A stretch of DNA of 64,000 nt from Podarcis muralis. Taxonomy: Eukaryota. The position numbers were made by a program, and so were the translations under genes. The stretch is from contig NC_135661.1 of NCBI RefSeq assembly GCF_964188315.1, forward strand, positions 62,558,001 through 62,622,000, in the 5' to 3' direction. Below the pieces are notes generated by a model that searched no databases, was not told the DNA's origin, and saw nothing but the letters and a program-made list of their open reading frames with translations. Shown here in pieces: positions 1 through 12,300 of this stretch. How positions within the stretch are numbered: position 1 is the stretch's first letter; each line of letters starts with the position of its first letter.

Positions 1-89
1 AAACGTCGCCTAGACACCCCAACTTTTACACGGGAAGATACCCGAGGACACCAAAACCTGCATTCCTGTACCCGTGAAAATCTACGAAA

Positions 90-92
<3 letters not shown>
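1..92 (+). mobile_element. 3' end of a Penelope-like element (PLE) pseudo-LTR, truncated by the window edge
   Basis: Direct copy of 1537-1628. Begins with AAACGTC, the 3' half of the hammerhead core seen at 1510-1543, and ends in (TA)n. Confidence 0.8.

Positions 93-135
<43 letters not shown>
93..135. repeat. (TA)n microsatellite
   Basis: Pure TA run separating tail-to-tail PLE copies. Confidence 0.95.
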
Positions 136-138
<3 letters not shown>

Positions 139-850
139 GGTTTTGGTGTCCTCGGGTATCTTCCCGTGTAAAAGTTGGGGTGTCTAGGCGACGTTTCGAC
201 GAGGTCTCACTCGTCATCTTCAGGCTGGTGCTTTCGGCTTCTTGTTACTGGAACAGAGCAGGATCTCAGTGTTTGAGTTCCTATAAATACTGTTGAGGAG
301 GTGTGGCCTCCTATGTTCTGGGCAGAGAGGAAGTTCCCAGGCTAGTGTGCCTTTTCTTCTTTTGTTCCTTAATTGCTTGAGGGATATCTTGAGTGATTTC
401 TTGAGTGATATCCTGAGTACCACTTAGGTGGGTCATTAGGTGTGGATTAGTTGCTAAAGCCTTTGTGTCTTGACCTCTTGAACTTTGTGAAGAGTTTTTC
501 TGAGAAGATGGGTGTACTGCATTTAGTTGTGCTCTGGCTTGGCTTCGTGTATAGGGGCGAGCTGTGGTTTTGTGGCCTGTGCCAGCCAGATCTGTGTAGG
601 GATTGCAGGGGGGTGCAGCATCCGGAGGTGCCACCATGGTTTGGCTACTGGATGGTGTCTGTAATTTATCTGTGGAGAGGGTCTGGGTTTGGGTCTGGTG
701 TGGTTGATTGGTGATGGCGTTCTGTGTGCCTCTGGATCTGGTGTCAGTTTTTGTGGGGAGGGCTAATTTCCAGATGTCTGGCAAGCGGGATGTGTCGTCA
801 CGTTTGTTCATGTTGTGAGGGTGTTTCTCTATCTCGATGGCTTCCATGAT
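134..850 (-). mobile_element. Penelope-like element 3' fragment, inverted copy
   Basis: Reverse complement of 883-1599. The ORF-track proteins 311..859(-) and 886..1422(+) are identical from MEAIE to LPRT. Confidence 0.85.
183..232 (-). ncRNA. Minimal hammerhead ribozyme motif, inverted copy
   Basis: Exact reverse complement of the 1501-1550 motif. Confidence 0.7.
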
Positions 851-858
851 CATCACCA

Positions 859-1628
859 CTGGAACATCACCACAAGAGAATAATCATGGAAGCCATCGAG
901 ATAGAGAAACACCCTCACAACATGAACAAACGTGACGACACATCCCGCTTGCCAGACATCTGGAAATTAGCCCTCCCCACAAAAACTGACACCAGATCCA
1001 GAGGCACACAGAACGCCATCACCAATCAACCACACCAGACCCAAACCCAGACCCTCTCCACAGATAAATTACAGACACCATCCAGTAGCCAAACCATGGT
1101 GGCACCTCCGGATGCTGCACCCCCCTGCAATCCCTACACAGATCTGGCTGGCACAGGCCACAAAACCACAGCTCGCCCCTATACACGAAGCCAAGCCAGA
1201 GCACAACTAAATGCAGTACACCCATCTTCTCAGAAAAACTCTTCACAAAGTTCAAGAGGTCAAGACACAAAGGCTTTAGCAACTAATCCACACCTAATGA
1301 CCCACCTAAGTGGTACTCAGGATATCACTCAAGAAATCACTCAAGATATCCCTCAAGCAATTAAGGAACAAAAGAAGAAAAGGCACACTAGCCTGGGAAC
1401 TTCCTCTCTGCCCAGAACATAGGAGGCCACACCTCCTCAACAGTATTTATAGGAACTCAAACACTGAGATCCTGCTCTGTTCCAGTAACAAGAAGCCGAA
1501 AGCACCAGCCTGAAGATGACGAGTGAGACCTCGTCGAAACGTCGCCTAGACACCCCAACTTTTACACGGGAAGATACCCGAGGACACCAAAACCTGCATT
1601 CCTGTACCCGTGAAAATCTACGAAAGCA
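859..1628 (+). mobile_element. Penelope-like element 3' fragment (GIY-YIG endonuclease C-terminus + pLTR with hammerhead)
   Basis: Reads LEHHHKRIIMEAIEIEKHPHNMNKRDD...IWKLAL, resembling the R-x-x-x-EAIEI-x-KH...N end of PLE GIY-YIG domains. Stop at 1422, then a pLTR with CTGAAGAT...CGAAACGTC and a microsatellite tail. Confidence 0.85.
1501..1550 (+). ncRNA. Minimal type I hammerhead ribozyme motif (PLE-associated, one extra U after the core)
   Basis: CTGAAGA 1510-1516, T 1517, stem II GACGAG/CTCGTC (1518-1523/1530-1535) with loop TGAGAC, GAAA 1536-1539, palindromic ACGT stem III, GTC triplet 1541-1543. Stem I has only about 2 clear bp. Confidence 0.7.
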
Positions 1629-1629
1629 A

Positions 1630-1646
1630 ATATATATATATATATA

Positions 1647-1687
<41 letters not shown>

Positions 1688-1715
1688 ATATAGATAGATA
1701 GATAGATAGATAGAT
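1630..1715. repeat. Compound microsatellite (TA)n(TATG)n(GATA)n
   Basis: Directly visible after the PLE 3' end. Confidence 0.95.
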
Positions 1716-2001
1716 TGGGAGGGATTCAACTACCTAGTCCCGTTAAGCAGAAATACTTACAATAGCATGGTATGGCTTTCCTCCCCCATCTGAAAATTGG
1801 CTTTGGGCACATCAGGAGAACCCCCAGAACAGCAGGAGGAGGAGAGGGTGGATTGTTCCAAACAGAGGGGAGGGGGGATTTTTCCATCTGAAAAAGCTTG
1901 CACTTATGGAATGATTGCCATAGCACTATGGCAATGGTTGAATTCCTCCCTCTTCTCCCTGCTATCCCAGTTTGTGGGCAAATACACACATACTGCCTCA
2001 C

Positions 2002-2208
2002 CTCTTCGCCATCCCTGGAGCCCACGTTCTTCACTACTGCAGAGATGCTGAGGTTACCACAAATGGGCACGACATTGGCACCTAGCACCAGGTCGCTGTA
2101 TTGGAAGGTGGTAAACGAGAGCCCATAGCCAAAGGGGTACAGCGGAGCCTCGTCCCCATAGTAGCGATATGTCCGTCCAACCATCGTGTAGTTCTCCATT
2201 GGTGGAAC
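2002..2208 (-). CDS. GH3 coding exon 13 (VPPMENYTMVGRTYRY...YPFGYGLS...DGEE)
   Basis: 207 nt, donor GTGAGG. The Fn3-like domain is incomplete, so further exon(s) lie left of the window. Confidence 0.93.
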
Positions 2209-5200
2209 CTGTGGTAACGGCCACAAATGTGTGAACGGGATGGGAAGAAGCCCATGGGCCAAGCCAATCTGAATGAGGAGGCACATGGTGGGAAATGCAC
2301 AAGGAGTATATCTTAGCTCAGGGTCCCCAATGTGGCACCTGTGGACACCAGTGTGCTTGCCAGTAATTCCCATGGTGCCTGCAAAGGGTCTTAGCTAACA
2401 TGTCCTCCCAAATCCACAATGCTATTTGCTTTTCCTGCTCAGTTCCTGCTTGCAAGGCTCAGGTTCATGTACACCCTTAAAACATGCCCATATTTCATTG
2501 GATGCCAGGAAGGAATACACACCTGCAGCCAATGCAGCAGAATGTAAACCCACTTATAGGCTGACAAGTGAGGGTTAAATTTTGCTCAGGGAACAGGTGC
2601 ATGGCAAATAAAGCCTATAAAATGCAGGATTCTTTCCTTTCTCCAGAGGACGGGACAAAAAAGTGCTTTGCCATCCCAGTGCACTGTGCTTCCCAAAATG
2701 TTGAGCATAAGGCTAGCAAGGCCCCTTGTGCTGTGGTTCCCAAGCACCCACAAACCAGCTGGCTGGTGGGTGGGTGGGAACCCCACAAGGGATTTTGACA
2801 GGTGAGTGGGACAACCCACCTGTCTATCATGGGATGTCATAATACATGGCTGATACTGATATGGATCTAGCCCATGAAGCCAAAACCCCATTCATGCTTT
2901 AAGAACTGGTGTCTGAGCTTGCTTTTCCCCCTCCTCCCTCCCGACCCCTTTTTTCTTGTATGTCATGTCTGTTAAACTGCAAGTCTGTGGGAGCAGGGAT
3001 TGTCTTACCTACAAATTTCTGGGCATCCTAGTCTTACCTGGTGCATGCCTGCAGGCCACGTAGCAGGGAGTCGGCCAGCAGGATTTGCCCCTTTAGCTCC
3101 CACCAGCACCTTGGCAAGAGCCAGGCCAGTGGCCTGAGCTGGGTAGAAACAGGCTAAGATCGCTCCCACACTGTCCTGTGCCTTGGCCCAGCTCACGTCA
3201 AGCGGGCCTGCGTTGAACAGCAGCAGAATCACTGGACGTCCAGCAGCTGAAATCAAAGCCCTAAGCAATTAATCAACAGGCCAAATCAATGCTATGCATG
3301 CAAACACTCATTAATGAGCCATAACCCAACACTCTGGAGAGCATGGAACTTCAAGTCCAAGGTTCAAATCCTTATTCAGCCAGGAAGCTCTCTGGGAGCA
3401 GCCAGCAGTGAGCATCAATAGCCCTCGGGGAACATACGGCCTACTTTCAAAAGACTTCTGCAAGTTATCAGTTGAGACCTCTGGTGAGAGCAATTCCTCC
3501 CTACCCCAGAGCCTGCTGGTTGGGAAAGAAGAAGGAGAGAAGAAGGCAGCAGGTAGAGAGATGGAAATGGGGCATGCCCTGTCCTCATTTGGCTCTGGGC
3601 CTTACCCACTGATGCCTTTGACCCTGTCCACTGCCAGCATGTGGCCCCCAACTGATTATCCCAGAAGGAATGCAGCCCTTGATGTGGACAACCCTGAGCT
3701 AGATGGACCAATGCCTGACTCAACATTGGCAGCTTCCTAAGGGTAAATCCAAACAATTGCCAAGGGAGCCCCACCACCACCAAACACCTCAATTTCACAA
3801 CTGCCCATGAGCCACAGAAGAGTTTGGATTGGCTGCTGGCTGCGGGTTACCTGCAGGCCTCACCTTCTATAGTGCTTGGTGCAACCAAGTGCCTTTGGCA
3901 TCCCCCTTCCTCATGTAGTCTCCCCCGGGGCAAAAACATCAAGCTTACCCCAGGCCACAGCATCCTGAAGGAGTTCCAGCTGGTGGCCAGGCAAGGCTAA
4001 GTCCTTCCGGTCTTTGGTTTCTGCCTCCAGATCCGTTCCTGGGCAGAGGGAGTTAGAAGGCATGTTAAAAGAGCCCACCCACTCCCTTCCCTCTTGTCCT
4101 CATCCTAAACAAACCAAGGAGGCTCCTCTCTGAAAATCTCCTTTCCAAAAGTTTGAGAAATGGCAAAGTACCACTCTCCAAAAGCAAAAGATGATGTCCA
4201 TCAGTCTTACTGAGAAGCCAGGCTCCACTGATGGAGTGGCTTGAGGTCTGCATGCTGGTGGACCACAGCTCCCATCACCACTGACCATAACATCTGTTCT
4301 CCCTGCTGTCATGATTAATGCCTCAAGGGAGTTCCATGAGAACCAATTATTGTGAACCCATAAGGCTGGCCCTGCCGCTGGCTGAAGTTTCCCCAGAATC
4401 CCACCCACCCAAGTCTGTGCACTGTGCACACATAGAGAGAGAAGCCTGCACATGCATAGACCTCTATGCACACGGCTTTTCCTGCCATTCAACTCCAATT
4501 GCACAGGTTGTCATCTTGCAAAAAGGCCCATTGCAAAAAGGTTTCCTTTTGCAGATGCCGACAGAGGTTGGGCCAAGGAAGTTGTGTGAGGTCAGGAGCA
4601 GGGCGATCCATGCAGTCCTTGAATTTGGGGAGGCCTCTTTACTGACTAAGGCATGGAAGGGGCTTTATATGTACTTGACTGCACAGAGGAAAATAACCAC
4701 AAGCTGTGTGGACATGGATGCATTTGTATATATATATAAATGCACATGGATTTCTCACCCTGTGATACAGAGAATTAAAATTAAAGAGTCAGTGCCTGCA
4801 GTGCTGCAGCAAGCAGATGGTCTCCTGGGTCTCACTACTTAATATGTGAAGTGAACGTTGCACCGTAGGGAAAAGCATGGTGCTGTTCTTACCCTTTTTC
4901 TTCACCAGATGTGGGGCTTACCTGTACCCAGGCACACAACCACGATGTCTGCTGCTTCTACCGCAGCCTTCACTTGGGCTGGCATATAGGTGCTGCACTT
5001 GGGAAAGGTACATCCGGCGGCAAAGGTGACATTCGCAGCAATTGTTGCCAGGCCCCTCCTGCACCAGGTGGAGATGAGAACAGCTCTCAGTTTCTTAAGG
5101 GCAAACACTTGAAAACGTAATTGTTCTCTGCCAAAAAATATCTGGATTTGGCCTGCATAACCCATGGACTGCAAAGCCAAACCAGCCACATAGTGGGATC

Positions 5201-6283
5201 TGCCTGGAACTTAGCCCCATCCAACCTTACACACACACATACACCTCAGCATGCATTTACTGCCCTGAGTAGGCAACAGAAGCCAGCTGGGTTATGGAGA
5301 CCCAGCAGGGCACCATACAGGGTGGTGGGCTGTGTCTGGCATCCTGGGGTGGCAGTGGCTTCTTGGACTTTGTTTTTGTTTTGAAGCAAAGGCAGATGAG
5401 GGAAGTGAATGAAAATGGAAAATAAGTGCCCGGTGTGGGAGGGGGAAAGCAGAGTGCTGGGTGTTGGAATGCAGATTTCCTGGGGCTAAGGGGCTCAAAG
5501 CTTCATTTCCAGAGAGAGGTTTTGACTCTGAAATGACTCTGAAATGCACATGATGTGGTTCTACTGGCGAAACTAAGCATGTCAGACCATCAACAATGGG
5601 ATGGGAAATGCAATGAGCCATTCTGAGCTCTGGAACAGCAACTACTCTAATCCTTGGTAAAGGCAAAGGTAAAAGGACCCCTGACCATTAGGTCCAGTTG
5701 CGGACGACTCTGGGGTTGAGGCTCTCATCTAGCTTTATTGGCCGAGGGAGCCAATCTTGCATCAAACAAAGATGTGTGTATGAGACAGCCCTACTTAAAG
5801 GGCAGTTATGGGTCTGGCATCCAGCATGTCCTCAGCCTGAAGGACTTCAGTCCCTTTTGAAAACTATTGTAATTTCTTGTCGTCTGTTGCAGAATCTGTC
5901 TGGCAAAGATGGCCTTACTGTGCATGCAAAAAGTAAGGCCAACTCTAGGGTGCAGATTGGGTTTAAATGAAGATACAGCTGGTCCAGCATCCTACCAGGA
6001 ATGCCTTCCAAGGATGGATCAGGAGGGAGGAGAGGTTTCTTCAGGACTTACCTGGGTGTATAGATGTATTGAGGCTCTGGGACTGGAGCGTAGTTCCCAA
6101 AGAGAACCCCAGGGTTGTCGGCAAAGGGCCCAACCACCTGCCAAGAAGAAATTAGGGGCCACAATGGGATTCAGATGATCCAGAGAGTTGGAGGATCAGG
6201 GGCCATGAAACATTATTAAGTTATTCATCACATTCCAAGCAACAGTTTCAAGGTGATGTACATTGAAGATAATTAAACACACA

Positions 6284-6344
<61 letters not shown>

Positions 6345-9300
6345 AATGGATTTAAAACCGAACTAAAACCACACAATGCACATGGATTTCTCACCCATTT
6401 ATCCAACTGGGAAAGTCTGCTGGAACAAAAAATTGCTTCCAGAATGTGCAAATAGTGGGCACTTGTTGTGTCTCAACATGTAGGGGTTGAGACCTAATGT
6501 GAAAAACAGAAAATGGTCACTGCCATTCCAGCCAATTGCTGGAAATCACAAGTGGGGACAGTGCAGTTGCACTCAGGTCCACCGAGCACAGGACTGGCAG
6601 CAATTCCTCAAGGACTTGGGACAAGTGTCTCTCTCCGCCCTTCAGCTAGAGATGGAAGGGTTTGAAACAGAAACTTTAATGCACGCAAAGCACAGAATGC
6701 AGTAAATCAATCGTTTAATATTTCAATACTGAGTTCTGCATTTAGTTTCTCTGTTGCAGTCTGCCCTGTTCCAGTGTTGCCAGAGGTGATGCAACTCTGG
6801 AGAATGAGCAAGGGACGAGATGCCCTCCCCATCACACCACTCCATGGTGAACACTTACTGCAAAGTTCTTCCTCAACACATCCGGGTCCTTAAGAGGTAG
6901 CATCCCGCGCTGGTTTTTTAGCAGGACAAAGGACTGAATGGCAGCTTCAAGAGCCAGCTGGCGGTGGGCCTCCGTCTGCACGTCCTCCAGTCCCAGGGCA
7001 TTGTAGGGGTTCATGGTTGGCGGGTCAAACTCACCCAGGCGCAAGCGGGTGCGGAAAAGTGGGCGGACACTGGCCCTGATCGTCTGCAGGAGATAGTAGG
7101 AGGGAGGGGAGGCACAGAGCTGGCTAGTGAAGCAGCAGTGTAATGGAAGGATGGAGATGGGTGAAAGATCTTCACTCCCACAGACTTCTAGGGAAAGGTG
7201 GGGAACATCCCCATTTATCCCGTGAAACCATGTCAGCCAAGCCTCGCTCACCTCCTCTTCCCCAATGTCATATATAACTGAAGAGCTTGTAGAATATTAC
7301 AGAAACGTACACAGCTCTTAAGATCCCAAAAGGTTTAAAGCCTACTGCAATTACACATGGAGAGAAGCAAAATACTGAGGAAAATCAAGTCATTAGAAAA
7401 CATCAAATATAGTAAGTAAATGGACCAGATGGCTTTATTTCAGATTACTGCAAAGGAACATTTGATTGAGGCTATTAATAAAATACACAAATAAATCCTG
7501 CTGCGAAGACAGTTGCTAGGATTGTATTTTACAAGTTAATTAAAGAAACTGATTGGTGAATTAGTATGTTAGAGCTCTCTTTTTGATGTGGCTATATTCT
7601 CTGCTATATCATGTATTGTATTAACATTATTATTTACTATCATTTCCTCTTTGTTATGTATTGGTCTCAGAGTTAGGAGCGGAACAGAAGCAGAATGTGT
7701 ATAAGGGGAGGAAAAGCCTCAAACCACAGACTGCTAAAAATGTTGTAGGGATCTCAAAGGGCATCTATAGCAACACCCTTTTAACAGCATCCCTAAAAGG
7801 TAGTCATACAGCTTCTGCTTTAAAAAAATAACTATTAATAACAGAGAGTCCACTCCCTTCTAACACACTGTCCCACTATTGAACACCTTGTACTGTGTTT
7901 CTCAAAATTTGAGACCTGCTGGTGTCGATACTGCTCTCTGGAACAGCCAAGCTTGTGCCCTCCAGGTGTTTTGGGATACAACTCCCATCATCCCTAACCA
8001 TTGGCCATGCTGGCTGGGGCCATAGCTGTCAACTTACAGATTTGAAAATAAGGGACCAGCAGCCTTGAAAATAAGGGATCAGCAGCCAAAATAAGGGATT
8101 TTCAGAGCACAGGTATGTTCGTCTTCTGAGCCCCTCCGAGCCAAAGGCAGAAAGCCCAGCCAACAGCCAAACAAAGCCTTAAGCAGTGGTTCCCACAGCG
8201 CAGCAACCCGGCAAAGGGGATGCAGCAAGGAAAACCACCGTCACCTCTCCGCTGGGAAGCGCTGAGCAAAGGCAAGTCGCCAGGCAATGCGGCTGATTTG
8301 ATCGGCACAAGGCATGCAAGCTCCACCCACCAGTCGTTCTTAGACTCCTTATTGGGTGAGCAACACAGCTGGAGCCTCCCTCCTCCCTGGCCGGCAGGCA
8401 GGGAGGGAGAGGAGCTGCTTCCTTTGAAACCCGGGAAATTTAAGGGACATCATCAATAAGGGACAGCAGCGGGACACAGTGCTGGGATAAGGGACTTTCC
8501 CGCCAAATAAGGGACGGTTGAATGGGGCTGATGGGAGCTTAGTCTAAAACATCCAGCAAGCACCAGATCTCTTTGGAGCAAGAGCTAAGAGTCTTTTGGG
8601 GAGGCACTATGGATGATGTTCTAATTTTTCTATTTTCCGATGTTTTAATCTGTTTTGCATTTTGTATTACTTTTATGGAAATTACTTGGAGACACAATAT
8701 TTAAATATCTTAACTAAATAACTAAAATGTTCACACAGGGAATATGCTCCTCAGGCGCCATTGTCTATCTGTAGGATATTCTTTAGGAAATAGGATGATT
8801 TCACATTTTGGCATGCGTGAGCTGCAATTGGATGGTCACTAATAACTGCATCCAATGACCCCCCTTTTCCCACTCCTTGTTCCCTTTGGGTGGAACCACT
8901 TACTTCCAAGGAGATGTTGCCTTTGGCAACAGCCTGGCCTATAAACGTGAAAGAATTGTTCACCATCCCGTATGAAACTTCCAGGTTGCATCCGGCATTC
9001 ACAGAAGCTGCAGCAGGAGAGGTAGAGAATTGGGATCATTATAGTCCAAGAGTTCAGAGACACAACTTTTCCTCAGCTGAACTTAACTGCATTGTATCTT
9101 TTTTAAAACACAAGCAGAAGAATGGGGCAAAAATATTAATCACAGTAATACATAATAGATTGTTTTGTGCCCTCTCTACATTCAGACTAAAGTTTCTAAT
9201 TTCTAATAAGATATACCCGTTCTGGTATGCAGCTTTGAGTAGCGTACACTATTTTGCAAGCCACATCCTGATATAATGCATTTCTGTGTATGTTAATTTC

Positions 9301-12300
9301 ACTAAAATATAGACTTTTATCCACACATTCCCCATATATAATCCTTTTTGTACCCAATACTACTCCACTGGCTCCCAAGACAGACAGATGCCAACTGTTT
9401 GATTGGAGAACTGTGTTGCAAAATTAAGACAATTGTGGGTTCTGAAAGATAATTGTGTTTTGATTCATGTTATTGGTCCAAGACCTACAAAATGGGTTAT
9501 GTTCTCATTAAAGTGCAAACTGGATCTAATTTCTCACCCCGTCCTCATTATGGGGAGCTGCCCACTCTGGGCTGAGAGCCGGACATCAATGCTGGGTAGT
9601 GCTCACCTATGGCAGACTCCAGTAAGCTGTGGGTATAGTTGTGACCAAGCCATAACAGTTCCACAGCTCCCTCATCGCTCACCACATAGCCCTGGAAGCC
9701 CCATTCTCCACGCAGGATGTCTGTTAGCAGGTTCTTGTTAGCGCAGGCGGGGATTCCATTAATCCTGGCAGAGGAGAGAAAGAAAGCTATCAGGCTCAAA
9801 AGCGTTGCAAACATTGCTGGTGTGCCCCCTGCTCTAATGATGAACCACGTAATTTTAGCACAGGGGTGGGAAACTTTTTCAGCCACATTCAGTTGGGAGA
9901 AACCTTGGGGGCCACAAGCCTAACAATGTCTACTCAGAAGAACATCCTACTGAATTCAATGGGGGCTCACTCTCAGGTTCACTGGGATCAGGATTGAAGC
10001 CTAATGTCCCATTGCCATCCGAAAGTTAGGGAGAGAACCCAGACATACCTGTTATAGCTGCACATGAAGCTGAAAGTTCCAGCCCGTACGCAGGCCTCAA
10101 ACTGAGGCAGGAAGGTCATGCGCCAGTCACGCTCCTCCACCTGGTACAGAGCACAGATATCATTCCCTCCTGGCATACCACCACCCCAAGCACTGTTGGC
10201 AAAATTCCAGGACACCTAGAAATACGGTCAGCCCGAGACATTTTGCCGCCTGAAGCAAAGAACAAGATGGGGTCTTTCTCCCCATTCTGTGTAGAGAAGT
10301 CAACAAGACTGGCTGCTGAATCTTAGTTTAACACTGGCAACACAACAACACCCTTTACTGTATCAGAAGGCATCAGGATAATTTAGGGAGTGCAGAGCAA
10401 TCTGCATGTAACACATAGCCTTGCCCGCCAGCAGAGGGAGATAGCTATGGGGCTCAGGAGCAGCAGTCGGGGAATGGACCCCACTGCTGTTTGTTGTGCA
10501 AGAGCACCAAATCAACTTCTATTGCACAACCCAAATTTGCTGGTAGAAGAAGAAGAGGAGTTTGGATTTGATATCCCGCTTTATCACTACCCTAATTAAT
10601 CTCAAAGCGGCTAACAATCTCCTTTCCCTTCCTCCCCCACAACAAACACTCTGTGAGTGAGGCTGAGAGACTTCAAAGAAATGTGACTGGCCCAAGGTCA
10701 CCCAGCAGCTGCACGTGGAGGAGCGGAGACGTGAACCCGGTTCACCAGATTACGAGTCTACCGCTCTAACCACTACACCACAATGGCTTGCCCAGTGTAT
10801 GTGGTATGTGATTGAATCCCACTCACAAAGCAGCAACAGTTTGGAAGGGAGGTTTAGGGGATTCAAGATTTTGGAGCCAATATTTAATTTCAGTGGTGCA
10901 TTATTTCTGCTGCTTTTGTGATTCAAGTTTTTGTATATGAGGCTCTTAATCTCAGGGTCGTGGGTTTGAGCTCCATGTTGGGCAAAATATTTCTGCATTG
11001 CAGGGTGTTGGACTAGATGACCCTTGTGGTCCCTTCCAATTCTATGATTCTTATTATGAATTAAAAGGGGGTTGCTTAATTGAATTGGATATTTCTTAAT
11101 GAGATGCGTTCATTAACCAATTGATTATCTCAATTTTGTTATAACTTGCAACTTAGTGAGTTGCAGTGAGCCTACCACTTATGTGAGGGTTCTGTTCCGG
11201 GGTCCATGTGCAAAGGCAGGAAACCCCCCAGAACCACCCACCCACCAAATTAACCAACCCTTATCTGTCCAGAGTGGGCCTTGCCCTTTGCCTCACTCAC
11301 CGGCCTTTGGGAAGGTTGTACAAGGGTCCTGGGAGAGTCCCAGAGCCTCACACATCCTTCCCAGAGGCTGAAAAACAAGGTGCAGAGCTCTACAAACTCT
11401 TTCTGTAGCAGGTTTTCCCCTCACTCCATTTATTTATTTTTCAGCCATGAGCCTAAGGCCACAATCACAAAAACAAACTGTGCATCAGTGGCAGGCCCAC
11501 TGTATGTAACTTTCTTTGTGTTGTGAGCTGCCTTGAGCATAGTTTACTATGGAAAGGCGGCATGCAAATAAATGATAATGATGATGGCGGAAGCAGGGAG
11601 AGGGAGGGAATGAGCCAGCACACAGGACAAGGAAACCTCCTCCATTCAGCCCTTGCCACCTCCCAGCTCCCAACCTGCCAGTCATACTGACCTTGGCATC
11701 GAAGGAATAACGGGGCTCAGGGATGTTCTCGGGGCCCCCATGGACGGAAAAGTGCTTGCAGCCAGCGCTGGCCTTGATATAGCGGGGGTGGTCACCCTGC
11801 AGCCCTGTCACAAAAGCCACACCCAGCTCCCTGGTCAAGAATGGATCCTCTCCGTAAGTCTCCTGAAGAATAGACAGACAGACAGAGACTTAGGTCATGC
11901 CCGTTCTCTGTGACACGGCCCTCCTCCTCCCCCTCCTCTCAGTTCCTGGTGTCCACACCTTTCATCACCACAAAGGAACCTGCTGTCTAGTACTTCTGGT
12001 GAGAGAGCCACAGTCATTCCCTCCCTTTGGAAATTAGATAAATGCCAACAGCATTACATCTTAGCCACTTATTTAGACCTCTTTACTTACACAAGTTTCT
12101 CCTGCGGTGTGACCCAGTCAGTGTATTGTATTACTGATTTATGATTTTATGATGTTCTATTTAGTTTGTATTTTATTTTTGCTATATTGTTTTTGAACCG
12201 TACATAGTTTGGTGTCTATATTTTAAGCAGTACAATGGTACCTCTGGTTACGAACGTAATTCATTCCGGAGGTCCGTTCTTAACCTGCAACCGTTCTTAA

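Noticed and set aside
451-1282. 87-aa hydrophobic ORF present twice (451..714+, 1019..1282-)
   Set aside because: It is the antisense frame of the PLE arm, duplicated only because of the inverted repeat.
10937-11051. tRNA-Lys-like sequence (also tRNA-Ile-like at 20208-20350 and tRNA-like heads of other SINEs)
   Set aside because: Incomplete cloverleafs fused to LINE-derived tails; these are SINE heads, not tRNA genes.
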